Shown here: positions 1 to 9,542 of the stretch, piece by piece
Position numbering within the stretch: position 1 is the stretch's first letter
Layout: each line of letters opens with the position of its first letter
Assembly (NCBI GenBank): GCA_002794465.1
Contig: MTSL01000178.1
Coordinates: 22,015 to 54,014, forward strand
Length of the DNA: 32,000 nt
Source: Paramicrosporidium saccamoebae KSL3
Lineage: Eukaryota; Fungi; Cryptomycota
Direction: 5' to 3'
Notes under the pieces: generated by a model
Seen by the model: the letters and a program-made list of their open reading frames with translations, nothing else
Told to the model about the DNA's origin: nothing
The model's database searches: none
Made by a program: the position numbers and the translations under genes

Positions 1-365
1 GTCTGAATACTTCAAGAATGTCGCACTTTGCCTGGCGTCCGCGTCCACCCACTCTGTTGAGTCGGGACCAGCAACGGGAAATCCGTCGCAATCTGAAGGA
101 CTATGCATCCAAATTTGAAGAGGCAGATTTGCGGGAACTGTCACGGGAGAGCAGCAATACAGCGGAATTGAAGAGTCGTCTGATGAATCTGTGGAACGAA
201 TGGCGTCGCCATTGTCAACGCGAATACGATGTCCGCACAGTGACTCGAAAGGCGTTGATTGGGGCCGAGGACGAATTTGCTCGTGAACAATTGACGACAA
301 CAACTGCTGAGTGGATTGAAGAGGTGATTGAAGAAAGCGAGACGGTTGAGGAAAGCGAAAGTTGA
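1..365 (+). CDS. PRT1: Translation initiation factor eIF3 subunit b, C-terminal fragment (5' part lies outside the window)
   Basis: The frame is open from position 3. HFAWRPRPPTLLSRDQQREIRRNLKDYASKFEEAD matches the conserved eIF3b C-terminal WRPRPPTLL...I++NL++YS++FE motif. Acidic tail; TGA at 363-365. Confidence 0.9.
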   Translation, partial: LNTSRMSHFAWRPRPPTLLSRDQQREIRRNLKDYASKFEEADLRELSRESSNTAELKSRLMNLWNEWRRHCQREYDVRTVTRKALIGAEDEFAREQLTTTTAEWIEEVIEESETVEESES

Positions 366-413
366 GAAAGCAAGATGGTTGAGGAAGGCGAGATGATCGA
401 AGAAGCCCAATAG
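333..413 (+). repeat. Degenerate 18-nt acidic-codon repeat (GAAAGCGAGACGGTTGAG-like) spanning the eIF3b stop codon
   Basis: Units at 333-350, 351-365 (15 nt), 366-383 and 384-401, plus a partial unit at 402-413, all in one frame. Confidence 0.75.
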
Positions 414-704
414 TATGTTAATTTAATGATTGATTTGTGTAATCCAGCGTGTCAAGTTGCAAGTTCATTGGGTACAAATTTACTTAATGATGATTGCAGG
501 TTCATTTAGTAATTAGCCCATGTTTGTTAAATGATTGACTTTTAGCAGTGCTAAAAGGTATTGGTCTATTGGCAATAATCCCCCTCTACATTCATCAACG
601 CAACTAACAAACTAGCACACTTACAACTCATATAGTGTATTGGCACAAAGGCCAGAAAGCTACTAAAAAGCTACATTTAGACTACAGTATTTACAATGCC
701 CAAG

Positions 705-1780
705 TCAGGCCTTCACCTTGGATCGGGTGGGGGTGGGAGGCAAGGAAGACATTTTGGGGATGGGCTGGATGTCTTGGAGGAAGGGATGGGCAATAATCTG
801 ACTGGGAGTCAGTCGCTTCTCAGGATCATATTGCAACAGGGCCGCGAGCAGATCCACTCCATCGTCGGGCACTTCAGACGGCACTACTGCACGCAACGCC
901 CTCCGCCGTTCATCGAGAGCCAAGGGCGCCTTGAGTCCAAGTCGCTTGGGTTCCTGGCCCATAGCAACCATCTCCGCCGCAGTAGGAGCCCCCAAAACCC
1001 GAATAATCTTGGCCAATTGGTCGATGCTGTTCTTTCCCGGGAAAATGGGTCGTCCCATAAGCAATTCGGCAAGGACACAGCCGGCAGACCAGAGATCAAT
1101 AGCCACAGAATAACAACCCCATCCGAGTACAATCTCCGGCGCACGATAATAGCGGGCGCAGATGTATTGGATGTTGGATTCGCCCCGTTGCAGACGCTTA
1201 CTGCAGCCAAAGTCGCACAACTTTACCATTCCAGTGTGGGGATCGAGTAGCAGATTGTGTGGCTTAATGTCCCGATGACACACCCCCACCCCGTGCAAAT
1301 ACTGCAACGCCTGGGCAAATTGCTGAAAGGCCCGCTGTACTAGCGGCAATGGTACTGTCCGTTCTCCGTCCCGTAATAGACGGTCTACAGAGGTCGGCAT
1401 CCATTCCAAAACTAAACTCAGAAACTCTTCGCGGTGTTCGTTTCGGGTGTAAAAGTAGCGTTGGAGGGCGACAATGTTTCCATGCTCCAGCGCCTTGATA
1501 ATGGACAATTCGCGGTTCTGGTGGCCCTCGTCCTGGTAGACCGTCTTAATGGCCACTATGGCGTTGGTGGCAAGATCCCGGGCTCGACACACGATCCCAA
1601 AGGTGCCATTTCCGATCACGTCGAGGTAGCGGAACGAGAATGGCGTTGCGCGGTCTTCGCGGTCACACGCTGTCACTGTCACGGGCTGGTCCCACACCTG
1701 CTGCACTGTCCATTAGCACCGCACCGTCGCGTACCTAATCGAAACGCCGCCTTCACCGGATTCTTGTTGGCGCTGCTCAT
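705..1780 (-). CDS. GSK3: Glycogen synthase kinase-3 (GSK3/shaggy/Rim11 family) Ser/Thr kinase, 348 aa, 2 exons (1780-1735, 1705-705)
   Basis: Motifs IGNGTFGIV, VAIK, QNREL, CHRDIKPHN, KLCDFG and YICARYYRAPE. The 29-nt intron 1734-1706 (GTACGC...GCTAAT-GGACAG) joins ATG 1780 in frame. Confidence 0.92.
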
Positions 1781-1910
1781 TCTCACCTACTTATTGGCTG
1801 CCGCCCTCTCCCCCAACAGTCCACCGCCCTCCTGGTCGCTATTAACCCGTTTGTTTGGGTCCTCCTCCTCGCCCAATCCAGTCAATTCAGCTTTATTACC
1901 ATTCTACATT

Positions 1911-2981
1911 CTAATCCTCTGAAAACTTGATTCGTTGGTTCATTGTCTTCCCGCTCGCTATGGTTCGTTGCAGCTCTCGCTGTCGACGTTGTGCCTCCCA
2001 CGATGGATGCAATTTCTCCTCCAATGCGTGAGGCCCCGGAGCACCTTTCGGGCGTCCTGTTTGGCGTCTCTCATGCTGTGCATTATGTAAGTGTTTTGCC
2101 TTTTGTCCATACAGTCGCTCCCATTCGGCCCTTCGTGCTCGTTGGCCCTTTCGGTTTCCCGACTTGGTCTGCGTCTTGTCTTCCCGTTCCTCCCTGTCTC
2201 TGTCTCTCTCTTGGTCTCTGGTTCTTGGCTTGCTTCGTTTCGTCGGTCTCTCCACACTTAATTGTGTCTCTTCTTCCAAAGCAGTTGTATTACCTTCCTC
2301 CTCTTCCTCTCCCGCCCGTTTCTCTAAAGTACTTTCCTTTTCGGGATGTTCGTGGTATAGATTCCGGGTAAACAGTTCCATGTCCTGACGGATCCCATCC
2401 AATGTTTTGGTTAGGGCTTGTCCCTCAATCAGTGCCATGGTCGAGGCTTCGAGGGCGGAAGTCTCAATAAACTCACTTGTCCTGGAGACAAGATATTCAC
2501 TTGCTTGGACAATACGATGTTTGAACAGTAACTTGGCCATCTCGACTAGATCCACCCCCTTAATCCGCTTCATCTCGCCCTCCAGTCTTTCTATCTTTTC
2601 TCTATTTTTTGTCGTCTCTGTCTGTTCAGTGGTTGGTGGCTTTTTGAGTTCGGGAGCGCGTAGCTTTTTTATCACCCTCTGCACTGCAAAGGTTCGTGCC
2701 TTTTTGGCCGTTCGTTGGACCAGCTTTTTTATCGAATACTAAGGGTCAGCAACAGTAGTTGAGGTACTATTTTTCGAGAAAGCCGCTCTTGACGCATAGT
2801 CTCTAACGACTCGTCTATCAACCCTTCGTCAATCTTGTTGCGACGACTGCGCTCGTGTGCGATATTCTTGCATTTTTCAATGTTCGGTGTGATGCCTTTC
2901 TGTTGAAAATTAACACCTAGAACACAAAGATACCTTGGCTTCCAGAACGCCTATTTCCAAGGCCAGGTTGCGTTTCCTCAT
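1911..2981 (-). CDS. BUD22: Bud22/SRFBP1-family ribosome biogenesis protein, 335 aa, 3 exons (2981-2934, 2899-2768, 2738-1911)
   Basis: C-terminal NRKGQRARRAEWERLYGQKAKH and LHPSWEA...IKF motifs of the BUD22 domain. Introns 2933-2900 (34 nt) and 2767-2739 (29 nt) give a continuous frame from MRKRNLALE. Confidence 0.85.
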
Positions 2982-3038
2982 TTGGTCCAGCAAGGGTCCT
3001 CCCTCCACCCTCTTACAGTTGTACTAAATTCTAAACAT

Positions 3039-3863
3039 TTATTTACGATGCTTTGATTTCTTGACGTTGGAGGAATCAATACAACGATCAGTCCAGTTGC
3101 TCTTCTTTAGTTTGACTGGTCGACTACCAATATACTTTCCTACTCATCATCACCTCATGAACCAAACATACCATTCATTTCCCGGATTGCTGCAAGAAAG
3201 TCCTGTGGCTCCTTGAATCCAACAAATCCATAGCCTTTGGACTTGTTCGACTTTCGGTCCCGTATAATTCGGTATTTGGTCAGCGAGCCGAATCGGGAAA
3301 AGGCCTGTTGCAACATCATGTCCGTCACCTCTGGTCCCAAATCGCCCACAAATATCCGGAAATCATCTACAGATAAGACGACAGGAGGGACAAATACTTG
3401 GATCCCAGTCAGCAAGAGTTGGATCCTGCCATACCTCGCCAGCAGCCGCCCTCAAAGTGTGAGCCGGTGCGGTGGGTGGCTTTGCCGAGCAAACGGTAGC
3501 TGCTGTGGTTGTGTCCTTGGTCAAGTCCTTGGCTGGATCTTTCACTGAAGGTGTCATAATAAATGCAGGCCGTTTAAGTGTGTTGGTCTTTGCGGTACTG
3601 CTTCCAGGAATGGAGCCCACCACTGTACTGCCGGTAGAGCCTATTACCGTACGACTGACTTGAGGAATAGACCCGATTGTTGCACCACTAGTACGGGAAA
3701 TAGAGCCGGTTGTTGCGCCACTAGTATGGGGAACAGAACCGATGGTTGTGCCACTGGCACGGGGAACGGCGCCCACTACTGTGCTACTGACTTGTACTTT
3801 GCGCGGTGCCTGTCCAATAGGCAACTGACCGATGGGCTGTTGTTTCGATGGTCTCTGCTCCAT
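3039..3863 (-). CDS. RBM42: RBM42-like RRM splicing factor (U4/U6.U5 tri-snRNP associated), 253 aa, 3 exons (3863-3398, 3366-3172, 3139-3039)
   Basis: Spliced product reads [33 protein letters not shown]...[10 protein letters not shown]...[20 protein letters not shown], which is diagnostic of RBM42. Introns 3397-3367 (31 nt) and 3171-3140 (32 nt). Start codon is less certain. Confidence 0.9.
3601..3794 (-). repeat. 33-nt (11-aa) coding tandem repeat in the RBM42 N-terminus
   Basis: Four full units (3649-3681, 3682-3714, 3715-3747, 3748-3780) plus partial flanking units, encoding [44 protein letters not shown]. Confidence 0.85.
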
Positions 3864-3881
3864 TCACCCCAGTCATTCTGC

Positions 3882-6152
3882 ATGAACAGTCTTTTATGGC
3901 GGAGCATTCCCAGACTGCATTTCACAGCATCTTGTAAACTTTACTTTACGGAATACTCTATATTGCACTCCACAGAATACTCTACTTTATATTTCACAAG
4001 ATATTCCCGGCTGCACTCGACACCGCACTCCCGACTGCACTCGATATCGTACTCCCGACTGCAGTCCGCAAGGTATTACAGCCAATGTGTCCACGATGAA
4101 CGGATACGAAACATTGGTATCATTGCTCATATTGATGCTGGAAAGACCACAACCACTGAACGTATGCTCTTTTACTCGGGTCAAACGCGTCGAATTGGCG
4201 AGGTGGATCGGGGAGATACTGTCATGGATTATCTCCCTGAAGAGCGTGCCCGTGGAATCACCATCACTGCCGCCGCCATCACTTTTCCGTGGAAGGATCA
4301 TCGGATTAATTTGATCGACACACCCGGCCATGTGGATTTCGGGATGGAAGTGGAACGCAGTTTGCGGGTTCTGGACGGCACAGTGACAATTTTGGATGGT
4401 GCAGCGGGGGTACAGGCACAGACTCGGACGGTATGGCGACAGGCTGGACGGTATGGCGTACCAAGAATTGTATATGTCAATAAGATGGACAAGATGGGTG
4501 CAGATTATGAACGAACAGTAAAGGAAATTGCAGAAAAGTTGGGTGATCTACAGCCTGTCTGTGTGCAGATGCCGATTATGAGGGAGGATCGTATTTGGGG
4601 GGTGGTTGATTTAATTGGAAAGAAAACATTGCATTGGAGCGATCCACAAGGACGAGAGGTTATCGAGACTGATTGGGACAATGACGCTGACGCTAGGTGG
4701 GCGCCTGGGAGGATTAAATTGATGGAGCAGCTCGCTGATCTGGACGATGCGTTTCTAGAAAAGTATCTGGATGATCCCCATTTGGTCACTGGCAAAGACT
4801 TGGAATCTGCAATCCGGCGACTGACTTTGCAGACAAAGATTGCACCCGTTCTCTGTGGCTCCTCATTTACAAACATTGGAGTCCAGCCCGTTCTGGATGC
4901 GATTGTAAAGTATCTTCCCAGCCCATCGGAACGGCCTTTGCCAAAGGTGAATCAAGATGTGGTTTGGAAAGACGATCGTCTGCTTGCATTGGCGTTCAAG
5001 GTAGTCCATGATGAACAACGGGGATTATTGGTGTTTGTCCGAGTGTATGCTGGAGTTCTGTCCACTCGGACTATGTTGAGGAATGGAAGTAGGAACATTC
5101 GAGAGCGGGCTACCAAAGTCATGACAATCCATGCTAACCAATTTGAAGAGTGCGAGGCTGTCTCTGCAGGAAATGTTGCCGTGTTGCTTGGACTCAAAAA
5201 TACCCGCACCGGCGACACAATCACCGCCGAAAACGAATGCAAGAACCTTAATGTACAGCTCGCTGGAATTGACGTTCCCCAGCCAGTGTTTTCTTGTGCA
5301 GTGGAGGCGGAATCCACGAGCGACGATTCTCGACTGGAGGAGGCGCTAAAGATTATTGAACTGGAGGATCCATCGGTTCGAGTCACCAAGGACCATGAGA
5401 CGGGACAGAAGCAGCTTTCCGGAATGGGCGAGCTGCATTTGGAGATTGTTGGAAAGCGCATCACTAGAGATTTGAAGGCACGAGCATCGTTTGGACAGAT
5501 CCAGATTGCCTACAAAGAGACTTTTGGAAAGAGAACTGCGGAGACTATCCAGGGGGAAGTGGATAAGGATATGGGAGGGAGACGATTTGTTGGGGGATTG
5601 GAGTATACTGTGGAGAGCACCGACGAGCTGATTAATAAGATTGAGCCTAGTGATTGCATGCCGGCAATCCAAGAGGGATTTGAATCAGCCCTTCAAGACG
5701 GACCCACTGCCTCTTTTCCATTGATTGGCGTACGAATTAAAGTTTTACGTGTCGACTGGACGGAGGGTGTTTCTTCACTAGATGCCCTCCGATATGTGGC
5801 GTACACTTTACTGCGAAAATGGTGCGTTAATCAGTCATCGAGACTGGTGGAGCCCATTATGGGTGTGGAACTGACTGTCCCCGACAAATACCTTGGGACC
5901 GTTCTGGCTGACATTCATGCGGGCCGACGGGGAAATGTCACTGAAACGAATACATCGGAAGAAGGCGATCACACAGTCTGGGCCGAGGTGCCGCTGGCAT
6001 CAATGCTTGGTTATGCAACTAGTCTGCGATCCAAGACTGGCGGGACTGCGTCATTCTCCATGCAACCCCTGACGTATCGAACAATGTCGCAAGACGAAGA
6101 ATCGCGCATTCTTTCCTCCTTGGGCGTCATCCAGCCGATCAAAGACGCATAA
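3882..6152 (+). CDS. MEF2: Mitochondrial ribosome-releasing factor 2 / EF-G2mt, 756 aa, intronless
   Basis: Motifs [75 protein letters not shown] and [12 protein letters not shown]. The GxVDxGDT segment is typical of the EF-G2mt (GFM2/Mef2) clade. First ATG is at 3882; the track start at 3660 is TTG. Confidence 0.9.
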   Translation: MNSLLWRSIPRLHFTASCKLYFTEYSILHSTEYSTLYFTRYSRLHSTPHSRLHSISYSRLQSARYYSQCVHDERIRNIGIIAHIDAGKTTTTERMLFYSGQTRRIGEVDRGDTVMDYLPEERARGITITAAAITFPWKDHRINLIDTPGHVDFGMEVERSLRVLDGTVTILDGAAGVQAQTRTVWRQAGRYGVPRIVYVNKMDKMGADYERTVKEIAEKLGDLQPVCVQMPIMREDRIWGVVDLIGKKTLHWSDPQGREVIETDWDNDADARWAPGRIKLMEQLADLDDAFLEKYLDDPHLVTGKDLESAIRRLTLQTKIAPVLCGSSFTNIGVQPVLDAIVKYLPSPSERPLPKVNQDVVWKDDRLLALAFKVVHDEQRGLLVFVRVYAGVLSTRTMLRNGSRNIRERATKVMTIHANQFEECEAVSAGNVAVLLGLKNTRTGDTITAENECKNLNVQLAGIDVPQPVFSCAVEAESTSDDSRLEEALKIIELEDPSVRVTKDHETGQKQLSGMGELHLEIVGKRITRDLKARASFGQIQIAYKETFGKRTAETIQGEVDKDMGGRRFVGGLEYTVESTDELINKIEPSDCMPAIQEGFESALQDGPTASFPLIGVRIKVLRVDWTEGVSSLDALRYVAYTLLRKWCVNQSSRLVEPIMGVELTVPDKYLGTVLADIHAGRRGNVTETNTSEEGDHTVWAEVPLASMLGYATSLRSKTGGTASFSMQPLTYRTMSQDEESRILSSLGVIQPIKDA
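3915..4082 (+). repeat. 7 x 24-nt (8-aa) tandem repeat within the presumed EF-G2mt mitochondrial presequence
   Basis: [56 protein letters not shown], with a period visible at DNA level (e.g. ctgcactcgacaccgcactcccga / ctgcactcgatatcgtactcccga). Confidence 0.9.
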
Positions 6153-6187
6153 ACGGAAAAAGTGGAAAATCTTAAAGTAGAGTAAAC

Positions 6188-7639
6188 ATGAATAGACTGT
6201 CGACGCAACTGCCACGGTGGTTTGGCTCCATGACGAGGAATCCTACTTTTGCCATCCTAAAGGACGCCGACCTGACAGAGTTCCGCAAGATCTTGGACAA
6301 TTCTGGCGATGTGGTGGACTCGTCTGATGACTTGGAAAAGTATAATCGCGATTGGACGGGGAGATACTGTGGGTCTGCCACAATAGCTTTGCGTCCACGC
6401 ACCACGGAACAGGTGTCTCGATTGTTGAAATATTGTAATAGACGGAGATTGGCCGTTTGTCCGCAAGGCGGTAACACGGGCCTTGTGGGCGGAGCCGTCC
6501 CGGTGTTTGATGAAATTGTACTGTCTATGGAACGTCTAAATCGCCTTATAAACCACGACGAAGTGTCGGGAGTACTCAGTGCAGAGGCGGGTTGTATTTT
6601 GGAGACGGCGGACAATTTTGTGCGAGAGCGTGGCTTTGTGATGCCGCTGGATTTGGGAGCCAAGGGGAGCTGCATGTTGGGTGGAAATGTAGCCACGAAT
6701 GCAGGCGGACTGCGGGTGCTGCGATATGGCGGATTGCACGGCAGTGTTTTGGGACTGCGAGTGGTGTTGGCAGATGGGACAGTGCTCGATGGGATGGGCG
6801 CCTGTCGCAAGGACAATACAGGCTACGACTACAAACAATTGTTCATTGGATCGGAAGGTACATTGGGTGTCATTACCGAAGTAAATATTGCCACCCCACC
6901 ACTTCCACAGTCTACCAATGTGGCCCTTTTCAGTGTGGCGATCTTTGAGGACATTAAACGACTATTTGGGCAGGCACGACGAGACTTGGGAGAGATTTTG
7001 TCAGCCTTTGAGTTTTGGGATGTCGAATCACAAAAACTCTTGGATATGCATTTCCCAGATAACAAACTTCCAATTAGGCCAGGAGCATTCTTTGTGCTGG
7101 TAGAGACGAGCGGTAGTGATTCAGAACACGATCAAAGCAAACTAATGCGTTTTCTGGAAGACTCTGAGGCACAAGTTGTAGACGGCACCATGGCACAAGA
7201 TGAGACGCAATTACGACGATTGTGGGCGTTGCGAGAGAGCATCCCGGAGGCTTGTGCACGAGAGGGCATTGTCTACAAATATGACGTGTCGCTCCCCACT
7301 GCCCGAATGTACGATCCAGTCCTGGCCCTACGTTCGCGTTTAGCTCATCCTGCCATTAGTCAGATCATTGGATATGGCCATTTTGGGGACGGCAACATTC
7401 ACGTCAATGTGGCCACCCAACACTACGAGGCCGCCGTGGTTGCCCAGATCGAGCCGTATATCTACGAGTTGGTTCGAAAACATGGCGGATCCATTAGCGC
7501 GGAACATGGGGTTGGAGTCTTGAAGGCACCTCAGATGGGGAGATTTGCGAAAACGGCAGCAGAGATGGCCTTGCTGCGAAACATTAAGACGCTCTTTGAT
7601 CCCCGAGGCATCTTGAATCCATACAAAGTACTTCCATAA
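6188..7639 (+). CDS. DLD2: D-2-hydroxyglutarate / D-lactate dehydrogenase (FAD-linked oxidase, VAO/PCMH family), 483 aa
   Basis: Motifs PQGGNTGLVGG, PLDLGAKGSC.LGGNVATNAGG, KDNTGYD.KQLFIGSEGTLG, GHFGDGNIH and SISAEHGVG. Confidence 0.93.
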   Translation: MNRLSTQLPRWFGSMTRNPTFAILKDADLTEFRKILDNSGDVVDSSDDLEKYNRDWTGRYCGSATIALRPRTTEQVSRLLKYCNRRRLAVCPQGGNTGLVGGAVPVFDEIVLSMERLNRLINHDEVSGVLSAEAGCILETADNFVRERGFVMPLDLGAKGSCMLGGNVATNAGGLRVLRYGGLHGSVLGLRVVLADGTVLDGMGACRKDNTGYDYKQLFIGSEGTLGVITEVNIATPPLPQSTNVALFSVAIFEDIKRLFGQARRDLGEILSAFEFWDVESQKLLDMHFPDNKLPIRPGAFFVLVETSGSDSEHDQSKLMRFLEDSEAQVVDGTMAQDETQLRRLWALRESIPEACAREGIVYKYDVSLPTARMYDPVLALRSRLAHPAISQIIGYGHFGDGNIHVNVATQHYEAAVVAQIEPYIYELVRKHGGSISAEHGVGVLKAPQMGRFAKTAAEMALLRNIKTLFDPRGILNPYKVLP

Positions 7640-7780
7640 AGTTTATCATATACAACGCTAATAGTTGAATATTTATAATACTCCCAACGATGATGTGATT
7701 ATACATTAAGCATTCCCATTATATTTACGTAACACACTCAACATGATATTTAAACAATATCCAACTCACCTCGACCAATC

Positions 7781-9476
7781 ATGTCGCAGTTCATGCGGAG
7801 GTTCAGCTCGGTAGCGGAACGAGCAGTGGTGGAGACGGACGTGTTGGTGGTGGGAGGTGGACCAGCAGGATTAGCAGCTGCTATTCGTTTGGGACAGCTG
7901 GCAAAGGAAAAGGGCAGGGAGCCGAATGTTATGCTGATTGAAAAGGGGGCAGAGATTGGTAAACATGGCAATAGAATTCATCGTAGGGTCTCATGTACTA
8001 TCGGGGGCAGTGCTGGAGCCAAGGGCATTTGATGAACTCTTTCCGAATTGGCAGAGTGAATATGGAGCAGACAGTGCGGACCCGGCCCCGCTGCGCACTG
8101 CGGCCACAACAGACAAGTTATGTTTCCTAACGGAACAATACCAATTCCCGATGCCCAAACTGGGGGACATGCGGAACAAGGGGAACTGGATTGTCAGTCT
8201 CAGTGAGGTGACCCGATGGATGGGACGACGGGCAGAAGAACTGGGGATCAGCATGTTTCCTGGATTTGCCGGTCGGGAGGTATTGTACGAGAACGGGCGA
8301 GTGGTGGGAGTAGCCACCAACGACGTGGGAGTGGATCGTAAGGGACAAGGCAAGCCAAATTTTGAACGGGGAATGGAAATCAAGGCCAATGTGACACTGT
8401 TTGCAGAGGGATGTCATGGATCGTTAACCAAGGGACTGATTAAGAGGTTTGCGTTGCGGGAAGACACTCATCAAACATACGGAATTGGACTGAAGGAGGT
8501 GTGGGAGGTGTCCAAGGAGAAACACCAACCTGGGTTGGTGATGCACACGGTAGGCTGGCCGTTGGATCGTCAAACATACGGCGGCTCGTTCATGTACCAT
8601 TACGGCGACAATTTGGTTTCCCTTGGATTGGTGGTGGGTTTGGACTACCAAAACCCATATTTAAATCCGTATAAAGAATTCCAACGTCTAAAGACCCATC
8701 CGACGATGAAAAGATATTTGGAGGGCGGACGATGTATTGCGTATGGCGCACGGGCGCTGAATGAAGGCGGCATACAATCAATTCCGAAATTGACATTTCC
8801 GGGAGGTGCATTGGTGGGCTGCACAGCGGGATTTTTAAACGTGCCCAAAATCAAGGGAAGTCATACGGCCATGAAGAGTGGGATGGTGGCAGCTGAGACG
8901 GCCTTCCAAGCCCTCGGGGGGAACATGGACGAATATGAACAAAAGTTGAAAGAATCGTGGGTTTACTCTGAGTTGCAACGAGTGCGCAATGTACGGCCCG
9001 CCTTTGAAAAGTTTGGATTGTATGGGGGACTGTTGTATTCAGGTATAGACCAGATGGTATTCCGGGGACGTCTCCCATGGACCTTTGCACATAAGATGCC
9101 CGACTATGCAATGCTGAAGCCTGCCATCCAATGTCGCCCCATTGAATACGGAAGGGCCGACGGAGTGCTGACCTTTGATCTGTTGGAGAATGTGTCTCGG
9201 ACGGGTACTAATCACGAAGAAGACCAGCCCTGTCATTTGCAGTTAAAAGACCCAAATGTGCCGGTAAAAGACAATTTGGCCGTCTTTGCCGGACCAGAAC
9301 AGCGCTTCTGTCCCGCGGGTGTGTATGAATACGTCCCAGAAGGCGACACCATGCGGTTTCAGATCAACGCGCAAAACTGCATCCATTGCAAGACGTGTGA
9401 CATTAAAGATCCCTCGCAGAACATTAATTGGGTGCCACCTGAGGGAGCCGGTGGACCGCAGTACACCATGACATAG
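7781..9476 (+). CDS. ETFDH: Electron-transfer flavoprotein:ubiquinone oxidoreductase (ETF-QO), 555 aa, 2 exons (7781-7958, 7987-9476)
   Basis: FAD motif [23 protein letters not shown]|SHVLSGA is restored by the 28-nt intron 7959-7986. 4Fe-4S ligands RFCPAGVYE and [13 protein letters not shown]; C-terminal W.PPEG.GGP.Y. Confidence 0.95.
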
Positions 9477-9542
9477 CCAACGTTGCTTAGTAAAGCGTCT
9501 TTGCAAAGTCAGCCGGGGTAGTCTATTCGTTGGAGGGGCGTC

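Noticed and set aside
414-704. Possible box C/D snoRNA in the long eIF3b-GSK3 gap (ATGATGA at 487-493; TGATGA on minus at 597-592)
   Set aside because: There is no downstream CTGA box D or terminal stem on either strand. It looks like AT-rich convergent 3'UTRs.
696-1250. 184-aa plus-strand ORF, and the many other antisense or alternate-frame ORFs in the track (e.g. 1434-1922, 1943-2371, 6172-6816, 16209-16844)
   Set aside because: They are shadows of well-supported genes on the other strand or frame, with no recognisable motifs; many begin at GTG/TTG.
3660-3881. 74-codon upstream extension of MEF2 from a TTG
   Set aside because: It is antisense to the RBM42 33-nt repeat, whose 3n period keeps the frame open. 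It is Cys-rich and implausible as a presequence; ATG 3882 is preferred.
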